In this document: positions 1-13,327 of the stretch, one piece after another | How positions within the stretch are numbered: position 1 is the first letter of the stretch | Layout: every line of letters starts with the position of its first letter | NCBI GenBank assembly: GCA_035221665.1 | Contig: CM069134.1 | Coordinates: 94,860,001-94,924,000, forward strand | DNA from: Okamejei kenojei | Lineage: Eukaryota | Direction: 5' to 3' | DNA length: 64,000 nucleotides | Position numbers and translations under genes: made by a program | Notes under the pieces: model-generated | Database searches by the model: none | The model's input: the letters and a program-made list of their open reading frames with translations, nothing else | Told to the model about the DNA's origin: nothing

Positions 1-1804
1 GAGAAGCACTTTGCTCATATGCGTTATTGAATGAGAACTCATCATGTAAAAAATTATTGATACAGGCTAAAATCACATCACATGACTTCTCATAATGTGA
101 TGGTAGATTATGTGCTACATCACTCTGCTACTGACTATGAATATTTTGTTCTAATTAAGAGATCACAAAGTGGGGAACAATATGAAAGCATCACCTGGCC
201 TGTTTCAAACAACTCCTGGTAACTGGGAAGTTTACAAGAATCTGGAACTAGGCCACCTGTCCAAACCAATCCGATACCCCACAGTAAATTGGTTTATGGT
301 GCAGTTGGACTAAAACTTTTAAAATATATATACATTTGGACTGAGCAACATACTGAGATCATACCCTGTCCATTAGCTCTGGTTGAGAATCCTGACAGGT
401 AAAAACTTGAGGTAATTCTTTCAGTGAAAGTAATGACAATCTTAAACTATATCCGACTTGTGCAACATTTAATATATTGGAAATGTTTTCTCAACACTGT
501 ATAAATGCCAAACATAATTTCAACATTAATTGACTATCGGTTGTCCTTTGGGAATAGTTCAGATATTTGTCTGGAAATTAAGTGTGTAAGTGTTCTGTTT
601 TTGTGTACTGTACAACATAATTTCAATGACAACTAAAATGTGAATGACAATAGGAATTACGGTATGGATTGCAAAATCTACACTTTTTGTTCTTGTATCT
701 TTATCCATCTGTCATAGAATGTAAAAGATCCTAAATTCTGAAATTAATTTACTAACCTTTCCATCTCTCTATCTCTGCTTCTTTAAGATGCTCATTATAG
801 TTACAGTACTTCTTTGATTAAGCTGTTCATCTTCTCTAATATTCACCATGGTGCATGGTATTCAATTTTATTCAATAGTGTTTACGTGAAGTATCATGTG
901 ATAATTAACTGAGATATTCCTTTTGTTGGGCATTGACCTATATTGAAGGACCTTCAGGCAGGCAGAATGAATGATTTAAAAAACAATGAATCTTCGATTC
1001 ATTCTTCCAATGGAGCCAGAACAAGTAACCTGGGGTTCCTTTGGATTTACAGCAGCCCATACCTAATGTCTAATGTCTAATGTCCCATTTTGGACATTGG
1101 AGGAGGTTCTTAATTGTAGTGCCTCCTGCCTGTTGTGCAATGTCTGAATCCAAAAGCAGGTCTAAAGGAGTGGATGTCTCTGATGTACCTGTATCCATTT
1201 TGCTCAGAGGGTGACACAGGATCTTGTAGAACCACTTGGCACCTTGTCAATGTTGATTTCCCTGTGGAATTAAGTAGAGAATTCCAGGATTTTTCCCGGC
1301 TGACCCCTGATTATATAAGGCATTAAAAAGTACTTTGCAAACTTATCAAAGATTAAAGGCATTTTTTGCCGTCATTTATACCTAGATAATTAACTATCGA
1401 GGTAGATCTATTAAAAAATCACGAATATACTCAGCATTTGTACCAGCTGCTTCCTTTTGGCAAACCTTCTATCTAATTAGTTAATTGTTCTTGTGTTAAT
1501 CTCTATGAACCCTTTATGTGGAACATCCTCAAATGACTTTTCAAAATCTAGACAGATTATATCAATCTCAGAAAAAGGACATAATGGGGAAATGTCATTG
1601 TGTATTCCAGGTCAATCATCTGGGGGCCAGATAAGCATGAAAATAGGTTATTTTTGAAAATAGGTTATTTTTTAACATTTGGGCCAGCTTCTGTTTCATC
1701 CATCTGCTTGACCAAAATACCTCTTCCATTTTGGATGGAGTTTTGGGTAAAACACTAAATGGGCAAAGTTAACAAAATTCTGTTCAATCCTCAAACTATA
1801 TCCC

Positions 1805-2095
1805 ACACTGCCTCCCGGTGCTTCAGATTGGTCTAGGGTCTAGCAACTATTCTTTTTTGCTCCTGACCTTTGGTGTTGTCGGTACAGAGCTTGCATGTTC
1901 TCCTTGTCACCGTATGTGTTTTTTCTGGGTGCTTCTGTTTTCTCCCATATCCCAAAGTCATGCGAGTTTGTAGGTTAATTGGCTTCTGTAAAATTTCCCT
2001 TAATGTGTTAGGTGTGGATGAGAAAGTGGGATAACATGGAACTAGTGTGAACGGATGCTTAATGTTGGTTTGGACTCTGTGTGCTGAAGGACTAT
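1805..2095 (+). mobile_element. Decayed HE1-like SINE
   Basis: Body ggtgttgtcggtacagagcttgcatgttctcc...gtttgtaggttaattggc is similar to the copy at 63558. Confidence 0.65.
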
Positions 2096-2099
2096 TGAA

Positions 2100-2445
2100 A
2101 AACTGTTTTTATGTCTGGCTGTGGCAGCTTTGACAATCCGGAGTCACCTTACAGAGGGAAGTGAGTTTGTGGCCAGGTTGAGAGGGGTCAGAGATGATCT
2201 TGCCCGCTCGCTTCCTGGCCCTTGCAGTGTAGTTTTATCAATGGAGGGAAGGTTGCAGCCAATAATCTTCTCTGCTGATCGGACGATTTGCGGCAGCCTC
2301 CAGGTGTCGAACAGAATGTGAGAACAGACTCTACGATGGCCGTGTAGAATTGGACCATCATTGCCTGTGGCAGATTGTGCTTCCTCAGCTGCCGCAGGAA
2401 GTACATCTTCTGTTGTGCCTTTTTGACAGAAGGCAAAACACTCCA
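2100..2445 (-). mobile_element. Rex1/Babar LINE fragment
   Basis: KKAQQKMYFLRQLRKHNLPQ, and high similarity to 16840-17190. Confidence 0.85.
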
Positions 2446-3165
2446 TTTACAATAAGATTCTAAAGTCCAGACACAACGTGCTGGTGGAATTCAGCGGGTC
2501 AGGTAGCACTTCTGGAGGGTAATAGACAGATTATATTATGGGGCACAATCTTTCTTCAGATCCATCCTCGGGATCCTTCTATAGTCTGTCCACTTCCCTC
2601 TACAGATACTATCTGATCTGCTGAGTTACACCAGCAAAAAAAATCCTTGCTCTTTACTTGAATTGATTTACCATGTGTTTCTCTAACATTTTTTAAATGC
2701 ATATATTTAAATCTTGTTTATCATTTTGCAATTCAGTTGGTATGTAAATGCAAATACAGGTTGTAACGCTATCACTAGGCTGAAGGAATTTTTTTGTGTG
2801 GGCTCACAGAAACCACTGATGGATTATAAAGAAAATTATGGATATTGAACACAATCTGTGATGTTATTTTTGTTGTTGAAATATCAAGGTAATGCTCATT
2901 TGGACCTTTGGGATGAAATCAACTCTGGGAAATTAACACTGTATGTTATTTCCAGCTGAATTGATAGATGTTATTTATTTTTTATTATCACAGCAAACGT
3001 CTGCTTAGTTTTGTTGCTGAGTAATGGTATCTTCAAGAAGCACTGAATTTAACATGATTATTGCAAATGTGCCAAATGATTGTCCCCATTTGACAACTAG
3101 AAAATCGCACAGTCAGTGTACTATTATTTTAGGATCATTGCAGAATCACATGCTTGCCAGTAACT

Positions 3166-3397
3166 GGTGCCAAATCCTTTCAGCCATAAATTCAATGTTG
3201 TAAGAAATCTCTGCATTTGAGCAGAGGGCAAATTAAGGGAATAGAAAATTGATCAGCCATTGAAAGTACTGCTTTATGGTATTTTTCAAAAATATGTCTA
3301 TGTTTTTAAGAACCTTGTAAAGAGGTTAAGTACTTAATCAGGTTTCAACAACCACAGATTGTGGACGAGTAATCCACATCCATCATGTAGCCATATG
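3166..3397 (+). repeat. Direct repeat, copy 1 of a ~230 bp unclassified sequence
   Basis: Aligns by eye to 7796-8035 at roughly 90% identity. Confidence 0.85.
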
Positions 3398-4119
3398 GGT
3401 TGGTACGGGGTACACAGCCAGATCCGCATGCCTGTTTCATATTGCCCGCGTGCCTGTTTTATATTGCTTGGGAGGACTCATGCTAAGCTGTAATTGCATT
3501 CAGAGCTGGCACACCTGCAAATAGCTGACATTTCATTCTCAAATGAATCAGTTGCAATGCAGCCATAGAGCAGGAATATGAAGCTTGCAATGTGGAATGT
3601 ACTCTCCAACAACATTGTCGAATAATATTTATATGGTAGATTATGTTTATTCTAAGATTAACTGCGATACTGCCTAAACCGATGTTGGTAAATGAAGATA
3701 GTCAAATCTAATGGAATATATTCTAAATAATTTATTAATTCCAATTGTTTAATATTTCAAATTTAACATGTCCTTAAAAATCCTTGGAATAATATTTATT
3801 TTTGGGTTGTGGGGTTTTTTGGTTCTCACAAAGCTCCCATAATGCTCCCACAAAATCCCTTCTTACTATATGTTTAGGTACTGTATAAATGCAGTGTTAG
3901 CTGGCATGACTCCACTTTTCTGGGATTTGAAGATTAATGCTCTCAATTATAGTCTGCCACAAAACAAACCATGATCCTGCTTGGGCAAACACCAAAAGTG
4001 CTACACAAAGAATTTTATGAAAAATCCACTGGAATGCAAACATCAGATATTTTCAGTTTCACTAGTTGTGTCTTCATTGTCTTGCCTCCAGTCCAACCTT
4101 TCAAAATCTTCTGGGGGGT

Positions 4120-4720
4120 TACACAAAAAGCTGGAGAAACTCAGCGGGTGCAGCAGCATCTAAGGAGCGAAGGAGATAGGCGACGTTTCGGGTCGAGACC
4201 CTTCTTCAGACTGGTCAAGGATCAGGGAAACGAGAGATATAGACGGTGATGTGGAGAGATAAAGAACAATGAATGAAAGATATGCAAAAAAGTATCGATG
4301 ATAAAGGGAACAAGCCATTGTAAGCTGTTTGTGGTGTGAAAATGAGAAGCTAGTGCGACTAGGGTGGGGGAGGGAGATAGAGATAGAGGGAATGCCAGGG
4401 CTCGAGGGCTGAGGGAGAGGTGGGAAGGGGAGGAGACAGCAAGGGTTAACAGAATTGAGAAAATTCAATGTTCAAGCCCAAAGGATGCAGACTCCCCAAG
4501 CGGAATATGAGGTGCTGTTCCTCCAACTTGCGGTGTTGCTCACTCTGGCCGTGGAGGAGGCCCAGGACCGAGAGGTCAGATACGGAATGGGAGGGGGAGG
4601 GATTTCAAAATCTTCTTCTCTGTAATCTGAAAAGACCACTGATAGATGCTGCCTCACCCACTGAGTTTCTCCAGCTTTCTTATCTGCCTTCGATTTTTCC
4701 TGCATCTGCAGTTCTTTCTT
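4120..4720 (-). mobile_element. Penelope-like element 3' fragment with an inverted terminal-repeat segment
   Basis: ORF2 tail (EQHRKLEEQHLIFRLG on the minus strand). The repeat gctggagaaactcagcgggtgcagcagcatc has an inverted copy at about 4645-4680. Confidence 0.75.
4182..4209 (-). ncRNA. Minimal hammerhead ribozyme core in a Penelope terminal repeat
   Basis: Minus strand reads CUGAAGA-A-GGGUC-UC-GACCC-GAAA-CGUC: the CUGANGA box, a stem-II hairpin, the GAAA box and a GUC cleavage triplet. Confidence 0.6.
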
Positions 4721-7280
4721 GGTGGGTGTTGTGACAGGCCACCTAACAGTCAGAGAAGTTGGGGATGGTATCAAACAGGAAATTAGAAATGCGTGCGACA
4801 AAGGCAAAACAGTTATAATGGGTGACTTCAATCTACATATAGATTGGGTTAATCAAATTGGCAGGGGTGCTGAGGAAGAGGATTTTTTGGAATGTATGCG
4901 GGATAGTTATCTAAATCAACATGTAGAGGAACCAACGAGAGAGCAGGCTATTTTAGACTGGGTTTTGAGTAATGAGGAAGGGGTAGTTAGCCGTCTTGTT
5001 GTACGTGCCCCCTTGGGCAAGAGTGACCATAATATGATTGAGTTCTTCATTAGGATGGAGAGTGACATTGTTAATTCAGAAACAATGGTTCTGAACTTAA
5101 AGAAAGGTAACTTTGAGGGTATGAGACGTGAATTGCCAAGATTGACTGGCAATTAATTCTAAAAGGGTTGACGGTGGATATACAATGGAAGACATTTAAA
5201 GACTGCAAGGATGAACTACAAAAATTGTTCATCCCAGTTTGGCAAAAGAATAAATCGTGCATCCGTGGATAACAAGGGAAATCAGGGATAGTATCAAAGC
5301 AAAGGATGATGCGTACAAAGTAGCCAGAAAAAGCAGCATACCAGAGGACTGGGAGAAATTCAGAGACCAGCAGAGGAGGACAAAGGGCTTAATTAGGAAA
5401 GGAAAAATAGATTATGAAAGAAAACTGGCAGGGAACATAAAAACTGACTGCAAAAGTTTTTATAGATATGTGAAGAGAAAGAGGTTAGTTAAAACAAATG
5501 TAGGTCCCTTGCAGTCAGAAACAGGTGAGTTGAATGGGGAACAAGGATATGCGGACCAATTGAATAACTACTTTGGTTCCGTCTTCACTAAGGAAGACAT
5601 AAATAATCTGCCGGAAATAGCAGGGGACTGTGGGTCAAAGGAGGAATTGAGTGAAATCCAGGTCAGTCGGGAAGTGGTGTTGGGTAAATTGAATAGATTA
5701 AAGGCCGATAAATCCCAGGGCCAGATAGGCTGCATCCCAGAGTACTTAAGGAAGTAGCTCAGGAAATAGTGGATGCATTAGTGATAATCTTTCAAAACTC
5801 TTTAGATTCTGGAGTAGTTCCTGAGGATTGGCGGGTAGCAAATGTAACCCCTCTTTTTAAGAAGGGAGGGAGAGAGAAAACGGGGAATTACAGACCAGTT
5901 AGTCTAACATCGGTAGTGGGGAAACTGCTAGAGTCAGTTATTAAAGATGGGATAGCAGCACATTTGGAAAGTGGTGAAATCATTGGACAAAGTCAGCATG
6001 GATTCACGAAAGGTAAATCATGTCTGACGAATCTTGTGGAATTTTTCGAGGATGTAACTAGTAGCGTGGATAAGGGAGAACCAGTGGATGTGGTATATCT
6101 GGACTTCCAGAAGGCTTTCGACAAGGTCCCACATAAGAGATTAGTATACAAACTTAAAGCATACGGTATTAGGGTTCAGTATTGATGTGGATAGAGAACT
6201 GGCTGGCAAACAGGAAGCAAAGAGTAGGAGTAAACGGGTCCTTTTCACAATGGCAGGCAGTGACTAGTGGGGTACCGCAGGCTCAGTGCTGGGACCCCAG
6301 CTATTTACAATATATATTAATGATCTGGATGAGGGAATTGAAGGCAATATCTCCAAGTTTGCGGATGACACTAAGCTGGGGGCAGTGTTTAGCTGTGAGG
6401 AGGATGCTAGGAGACTGCAAGGTGACTTGGATAGGCTGGGTGAGTGGCAAATGTTTGGCAGATGCAGTATAATGTGGATAAATGTGAGGTTATCCACTTT
6501 GGTGGCAAAAACAGGAAAGCAGACTATTATTTAAATGGTGGCCGATTAGGAAAAGGGGAGATGCAGCGAGACCTGGGTGTCATGGTACACCAGTCATTGA
6601 AAGTAGGCATGCAGGTGCAGCAGGCAGTGAAAAAAGCGAATGGTATGTTAGCTTTCATAGCAAAAGGATTTGAGTACAGGAGCAGGGAGGTTCTACTTCA
6701 GTTGTACAGGGTCTTGGTGAGACCACACTTGGAGTATTGCGTACAGTTTTGGTCTCCAAATCTGAGGAAGGACATTATTGCCATAGAGGGAGTGCAGAGA
6801 AGGTTCACCAGACTGATTCCTGGGATGTCAGGACTGTCTTATGAAGAAAGACTGGATAGACTCGGTTTATACTCTCTGGAATTTAGGAGATTGAGAGGGG
6901 ATCTTATAGAAACTTACAAAATTCTTAAGGGTTGGACAGGCTAGATGCAGGAAGATTGTTCCCGATGTTGGGGAAGTCCAGGACAAGGGGTCACAGCTTA
7001 AGGATAAGGGGGAAATCCTTTAAGACCGAGATGAGAAAGACTTTTTTCACACAGAGAGTGGTGAGTCTCTGGAACTCTCTGCCACAGAGGGTAGTTGAGG
7101 CCAGTTCATTGGCTATATTTAAGAGTGAGTTGGATGTGGCCCTTGTGGCTAAGGGGATCAGAGGGTATGGAGAGAAGGCAGTACGGGATACTGAGTTGGA
7201 TGATCAGCCATGATCATATTGAATGGCGGTGCAGGCTCGAAGGGCTGAATGGCCTACTCCTGCACCTAATTTCTATGTTT
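4721..7280 (+). mobile_element. CR1-clade LINE, ORF2 (partial APE endonuclease and RT), 5'-truncated, young
   Basis: Motifs [41 protein letters not shown] and RPHLEYC across consecutive frameshifted ORFs, ending in a ttctatgt tail. Confidence 0.95.
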
Positions 7281-7795
7281 CCTGCATATGTTTCTTAAAC
7301 TGATTTTTGCTTTGCACTGCCAAATCATGCAGTGTGCATTGTAGGATTTAGGACATATCCAGAAATCAGCCACTGTTTACACCTGACATTCTCAATTGCG
7401 TAGCAGTCCTGAAGTTCCATCTGCTGAATCAAACTTTCACACTGGTCAGGGTCTCCCCTATGCACCGAGCCAGACGCTGACATCTCCCTAGGGACAATTC
7501 CTCACTGTCTATTTGATGCCTAGTTTCTGCCATTTTATTGCCTGGGGATAGTTCTAGCTAGTAATAGTGTGTAATTATTGATTCCATGGAGGGCTGAAAG
7601 CTGTTCCTCAGTGAAATTAGATGGTCAACTGCCTGATGCTCATAGAGTGCATGTTAGCTGTCTGACTTTTCTAAATGTTTGTCATTGTCATTGGATCTTA
7701 CAGGCATTTTGCCAGATAGTGCATATGGATAGAGAGCAGGGATAGCTTTTATTTGGCCTGCTATGACTGCATGTAACATCTGTAGCAATATCAAT

Positions 7796-8035
7796 GGTGC
7801 CAAATGCTGTCAGCCATAAATTCCATTTTGTAGGAAATCTCTGCATTTGAGCAGAGGGCCAATTAAGGGAATAGAAAATTGATCAACCATTGAACGTACT
7901 GCTTTATGGTATTTTTGAAAAATACGTCAATGTTCTTAAGAACTGTTGTACCTTATAAAGAGGTTAAGTACTTAATCAGGTTTCAACAACCACAGATTGT
8001 GGATGAGTAATCCACATCAATCATGTAGCCATATG
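7796..8035 (+). repeat. Direct repeat, copy 2
   Basis: ggtgccaaat...tgtagccatatg is colinear with 3166-3397 apart from small indels. Confidence 0.85.
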
Positions 8036-10641
8036 ATATGACTTGAGTATCCCCAGGTAGAGCAGGCAAACCTGGATGAACATAGGGCTAAAGCTGTAGT
8101 GTTTAACTGGGTGTGTGTCTATCTTTACATTTGTGAGCTTTGATGTTTTGGTGTTTATTTTGGCAATCCTAATTAGTAGGTTCCTCGGAAATAGAATATA
8201 TGATACATATTTACTAAGTAGAACCTAACTGAGAGTCAACGGTCATTTGATATCTAATTTGCCAGTCAAAAGGCACAAATTTAGATTTTTCTTGGGTTGG
8301 GTTCAAGATGATCTGACATTAAGTTAAACTCTTGTTATCAAAGTCCTGCATGGATCAAATGCAGACATTAAACAGGTAGTCACTGATTCTAGGTGTCAAT
8401 GTTGACTGTGTAAAAGTTCAATTTACTGTTTTGATCACATTTGTTCAACATTTGTTCTTTAAGAGAATAAGTGTAGCTAAGATCTAATCATCAGTCATGA
8501 CACATGACATAGCTCTTAGAAGCAGTATCATGCACATCATCAAGCATCATCATGCACAGCAGACAAGCCCACTAAAGCAACATCAAATGATCAATGACAA
8601 CAATGTTGGATTCCATCTTCAACGTGCAGAATTAATTGCCACTAATATTTAAAGGCAGGAGTAATATACAAATTTCCACTTCCAGATCATTGCCAGGGAA
8701 TGATTTGGGAATTTGAGTAGGTTGTGTTAAAAAAAAAGTCCACCACTTAAATAAATGGACAAACAATTACAGTGGAAATACCTGGAGTATGTTACTTAGA
8801 TAAAGTTTTTATCAGGAGTAAACATTTATTATGCCTCCCCACTTGACATTTGAAATGTGCATTTCACTACAAGTCAAGTATGCACAAGTACATTGATGAA
8901 GATAAAATGAAAATCTTGCTTACAGCACCATCGCAGGCGCATTAGCTCAGACAATAAGAAAAATATCAATTATACACAAATTACCCAAAACAATAAAATA
9001 AGAAAAGATAATGCTGAGAAACAAGATATTAGCCCAAAGGCAAATTGATAACAGGTCCATGTTAGTGCAATAGGTGAAAATTACATTTTCTTGGTCCCAG
9101 AAGCATGGAAGGCATCAATGCTTATCAAATATTTGATTGTCTGACCATATTTAGATAATAACAATAGATGATTATGACCCAGTATTTTCAATTTCATTCT
9201 CCTCCAAAATACTTATTTAGCTCTTGGTTTTTGAAGGAGGTAATTGGATTTATCTCCTGTGTCTATTATAACTTGCACAAACTCTCCACTCTTATGGGAA
9301 TACAGATCTCATCTCATGTCTAACATGGTTTGAGACTTGCTAAATCGGTACCTGTACCCTACTTTTGTTCTCTTAGACCAAGTTAAATAGCTTTCTTATG
9401 CCTCCAATTTTCAAAATCTTTTAACCTTTTAAACACAGTGTTCACTTTCAATATTCTTTCCTCCAATTAAAGTGATGAACAATGGAGAATTAAGATAAAT
9501 AGCAGCCAGTCTAAAAATGCTGATAGGCAAACAAGTGTAAACACCAGATCTATAATCATGAAAGTTGAGAGAATAACATATTGAGTCATGGAGTGATGAT
9601 GCAGTGTGGAAACAGGCCCTGTGGCCTAAATTGCCCACACCGGCCAACAATGTCCCAGCTACACTAGTTCCACTTGCCTGCGCTTGATCCATATCCCTCC
9701 AAACCTGTCCTATCCATGTACCTGTCTAACTGTCTCTTAAACAATGGAATAGTCCCAGCCTCAACTACCTCCTCTGGCAGCTTGTTTCATACACCCACCA
9801 CCCTTTGTGTGAAAAAGTTACCCCTCGGATTCCTATTAAATTTTTCCCCCTTCACCTTGAACCTATGTCCTCTGGTCCTCGATTCCACTACTCCACTGTG
9901 CAAGAGACAGTGCATCTACACATCTATTCCTCTCATGATTTTGTACACCTCTATAAGATTCCCCCTCATCCTCCAGTGCTCCATGGAATAGAGACCCAAC
10001 CTACTTAACCTCTTCCTATAGCTCACAACCTCTAGACCTAGCAACATCCTCATAAATCTTTTCTGAACCCTTTTAAGCTTGACAATATCTTTCCTATAAC
10101 ATGGTGCCCAGAACTGAACACAGTATTCTAAATGCGGCCTCATCGACATCTTATACAACTGCAACATGACCTTCCAACCTCTATACTCAATATTCCGACT
10201 GATGAAGGCCAAAATGCCAAAAGCCTTTTTGATCACCTTATCTACCTGCGACTCGACCTTCAAGGAACCATGCTCCTGTACTCCTAGATCCCTCTGCTCT
10301 ACAACACTACCCAGAGCCCTACCATTTACTGTGTAGGTCCTGCCTTTGTTCGAGGTCCCGAAATGCAACACATCACATTTCTCTGTATTAAATTCCATCA
10401 ACCATTCCTCCGCCCACCTGGCCAATCGATCCATATCCTGCTGCAATCTTTCACAACCATTTTCATTGTTTGCAAAACCACTCACTTTTGTATCATCAGC
10501 AAACTTGCTGATCTTGCCCTATATGTTCCCATCCAAATCATTGATGTAGATGACAAACAGTAACGGGCCAGCACCTGAGGCACACCACTAGTCACAGGCC
10601 TCCAGTCCGAGAAGCAATCTTCCACCATCACCCTCTGCTTC

Positions 10642-12517
10642 AATAGACAATAGGTGCAGGAGTAGGCCATTCGGCACTTCGTGCCAGCACCGGCATTCAA
10701 TATGATCATGGCTGATCATCCCCAATCAGTACCCCGTTCCTGCCTTCTCCCCATATGCCCTGACTCCGCTATTAAGAGCCCTATCTAGCTCTCTCTTAAA
10801 AGCATCCAGAGAACCTGCCTCCACCGCCCTCTGAGGCAGAGAATTCCACAGACTTACCACTCTCTGTGAGAAAAAGTGTTTCCTCGTATCCGTTCTAAAT
10901 GGCTTACTCCTTATTCTTAAACTGTAGCCCCTGGTTCTGGACTCCCCCAACATCAGGAACATGTTTCCTGCCTCTAGCATGTCCAAACCCTTAACAATCT
11001 TATATGTTTCAATGAGATCCCCTCTCATCCTTCTAAACTCCAGAGTGTACAAGCTGCTCCATTCTCTCAGCATATGATAGTCCCGCCATCCCGGGAATTA
11101 ACCTTGTAAACCTACGCTGCATTCCCTCAATAGCAAGAATGTCCTTCCTCAAATTAGGGGACCAAAACTGCACACAATACTCCAGGTGTGGTCTCACTGG
11201 GGCTCTGTACAACTGCAGAAGGTCCTCTTTGCTCCTATATTCGATTCCTCTTGTTATAAAGGCCAACATGCCATTTGCTTTCTTCACTACCTGCTGTACC
11301 TGCATGCTTACTTTCATAGACTGATGAACAATGACCCCCAGTTTCCGTTGTACTTCCCCTTTTCCCAACTTGACGCCATTTGGATAGTAATCTGCCTTCC
11401 TATTTTTGCTACCAAAGTGGATAACCTCACATTTATCCGCATTAAACGTCATCTGCCAGGCATCTGCCCACCCCCCCAACCTCCAAATCACTATGCATTC
11501 TCATAGCATCCTCCTCACAGTTCACACTGCCACCCAGCTTTGTGTCATCTGCAAATTTGCTAATGTTACTTTGGATCCCTTCATCCAAATCATTGATGTA
11601 TATTGTAAATAGCTGCGGTCCCAGCACCGAGCCTTGCGGTACCCCATTAGTCACTGCCTGCCATTCTGAAAGGGACCCATTAATCCCTGCTCTTTGTTTC
11701 CTGTCTGCTAACCACTTCTCTATCCATGTCAGTACTCTACCCCCAATACCATATGCCCTAATTTTGCCCACTAATCTCCTATGTGGGACCTTATCAAATG
11801 CTTTCTGAAAGTCCAGGTACACTACATCCGCTGGCTCTCCCTTGTCCATTTTCCTAATTACATCTTCAAAAAATTCCAGAAGATTAGTCAAGCATGATTT
11901 CCCCTTCATAAATCCATGCTGACACGGACCAATCCTGTTACTGCTATCCAAATGTTCGTCTATTTCATCTTTTATAATTGATTCCAGCATCTTCCCCACC
12001 ACCGATGTCAGGCTAACTAGTCTATAATTCCCTGTTTTCCCTCTCCCGCCTTTCTTAAAAAGCTACCCTCCAATCCACAGGAACTGATCCCAAGTCTATA
12101 GAACATAGGAAAATTATCACCAATGCATCCACGATTTCTAGAGCCACTAAGTACCCTGGGATGCAGACCATCAGGCCCTGAGGTTTTATCAGCCTTCAGT
12201 CCCATCGGTCTCTCCAACACCATTTCCTGCCTAATGTGTATTTCCTTCAGTTCCTCCGTCACCCCAGATCCTCTGGCCACTACTATATCAGGAAGATTGT
12301 TTATGGCCTCCTTAGTGAAGAAAGATCCAAAGTACCTGTTCAACTCATCTGCCATTTCCTTGTTCCCCATAATAAATTAACCTTTTTTGGTCTTCAAGGG
12401 TCCAACTTTGGTCTTAACTAATTTTTTCCCCTTCACATACCTAAAGAAGCTTTTACTATCCTGCTTTATATTCTTGGCTAGCTTCCCTTCGTACCTCATC
12501 TTTCCTCCCCGTATTGT
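10642..12517 (-). mobile_element. Second CR1 family nested in the host CR1
   Basis: RT ORFs at 10726-12370 and a (ctattgt)n tail at about 10642. The host sequence accctctgcttc resumes as cttccatgg after the insert. Confidence 0.88.
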
Positions 12518-12633
12518 CCTTCCATGGAGACAATTTGCCGTCCATTCAGCTATCACTGCTTTGATCCCATGCGATCTAACCTTCCAGAGCAGCCTACCAT
12601 GCAGAACCTTGTTGAATGCTTTACTGAAATCCA

Positions 12634-13172
12634 AGTTGCATTTGGAGAGAATTAGGTTTGTCCTAATGGACAAATATGAACTTTTTGAACAAATATGGTC
12701 TCCATTCATTGATTATTTAACGGGGTAGCTGAGCTCAGCGCTGTAACTCAATAAGTACCCTGGTGTAGGATTAGATGAAAAGATGTATTGGGATCTGTAT
12801 ACACGTCTCAATAGATATTGTTATATGAAACTGTTCCATTCAATGTTAAGATGTATTCCTTATTTTTATTTATTATTTTTTATCATATAATAATTGTTTT
12901 TATTTTTTTATTTTGTTTATCTTTATTCTTTTTTATTTTTTCTTATATAATCATTATTATTTAATCACAATGTCTTGATTATTGATTTATACTTTACTTT
13001 TTTTACACTCCCTTACCTTCCCAAAAAAACAGTAGCATATATAAATTACCCCGTAACATCCGTACAACGTTTGTGATAAGTCTAATTTGTATTTGGAGTA
13101 CTGTTGTACCTTAGATAATATGCAATGCTTCTAATAAAAATATATATATTTTTTTAATTTAAAAAAAAGAAA
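12634..13172 (+). mobile_element. 5'-truncated L1-clade LINE (ORF2 C-terminus, AT-rich 3' UTR, A tail)
   Basis: LERIRFVLMDKYELFEQIWSPFIDYL resembles fish L1 ORF2 ends. AATAAA and an A-rich tail are present. TSD GAAATCCA at 12626-12633 and 13173-13180. Confidence 0.75.
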
Positions 13173-13327
13173 GAAATCCATGTACACAACATTTACAGCT
13201 CTGCCCTCATCGATCTTTTTGGTCATGTCTTCAAAAAAATTAATCAGATTTGTGAGACACAACCTCCCACGTACAAAAGCATGCTGACTATCCCTAATCA
13301 GCCCTTGCCCATCCAAATGCCTATATA

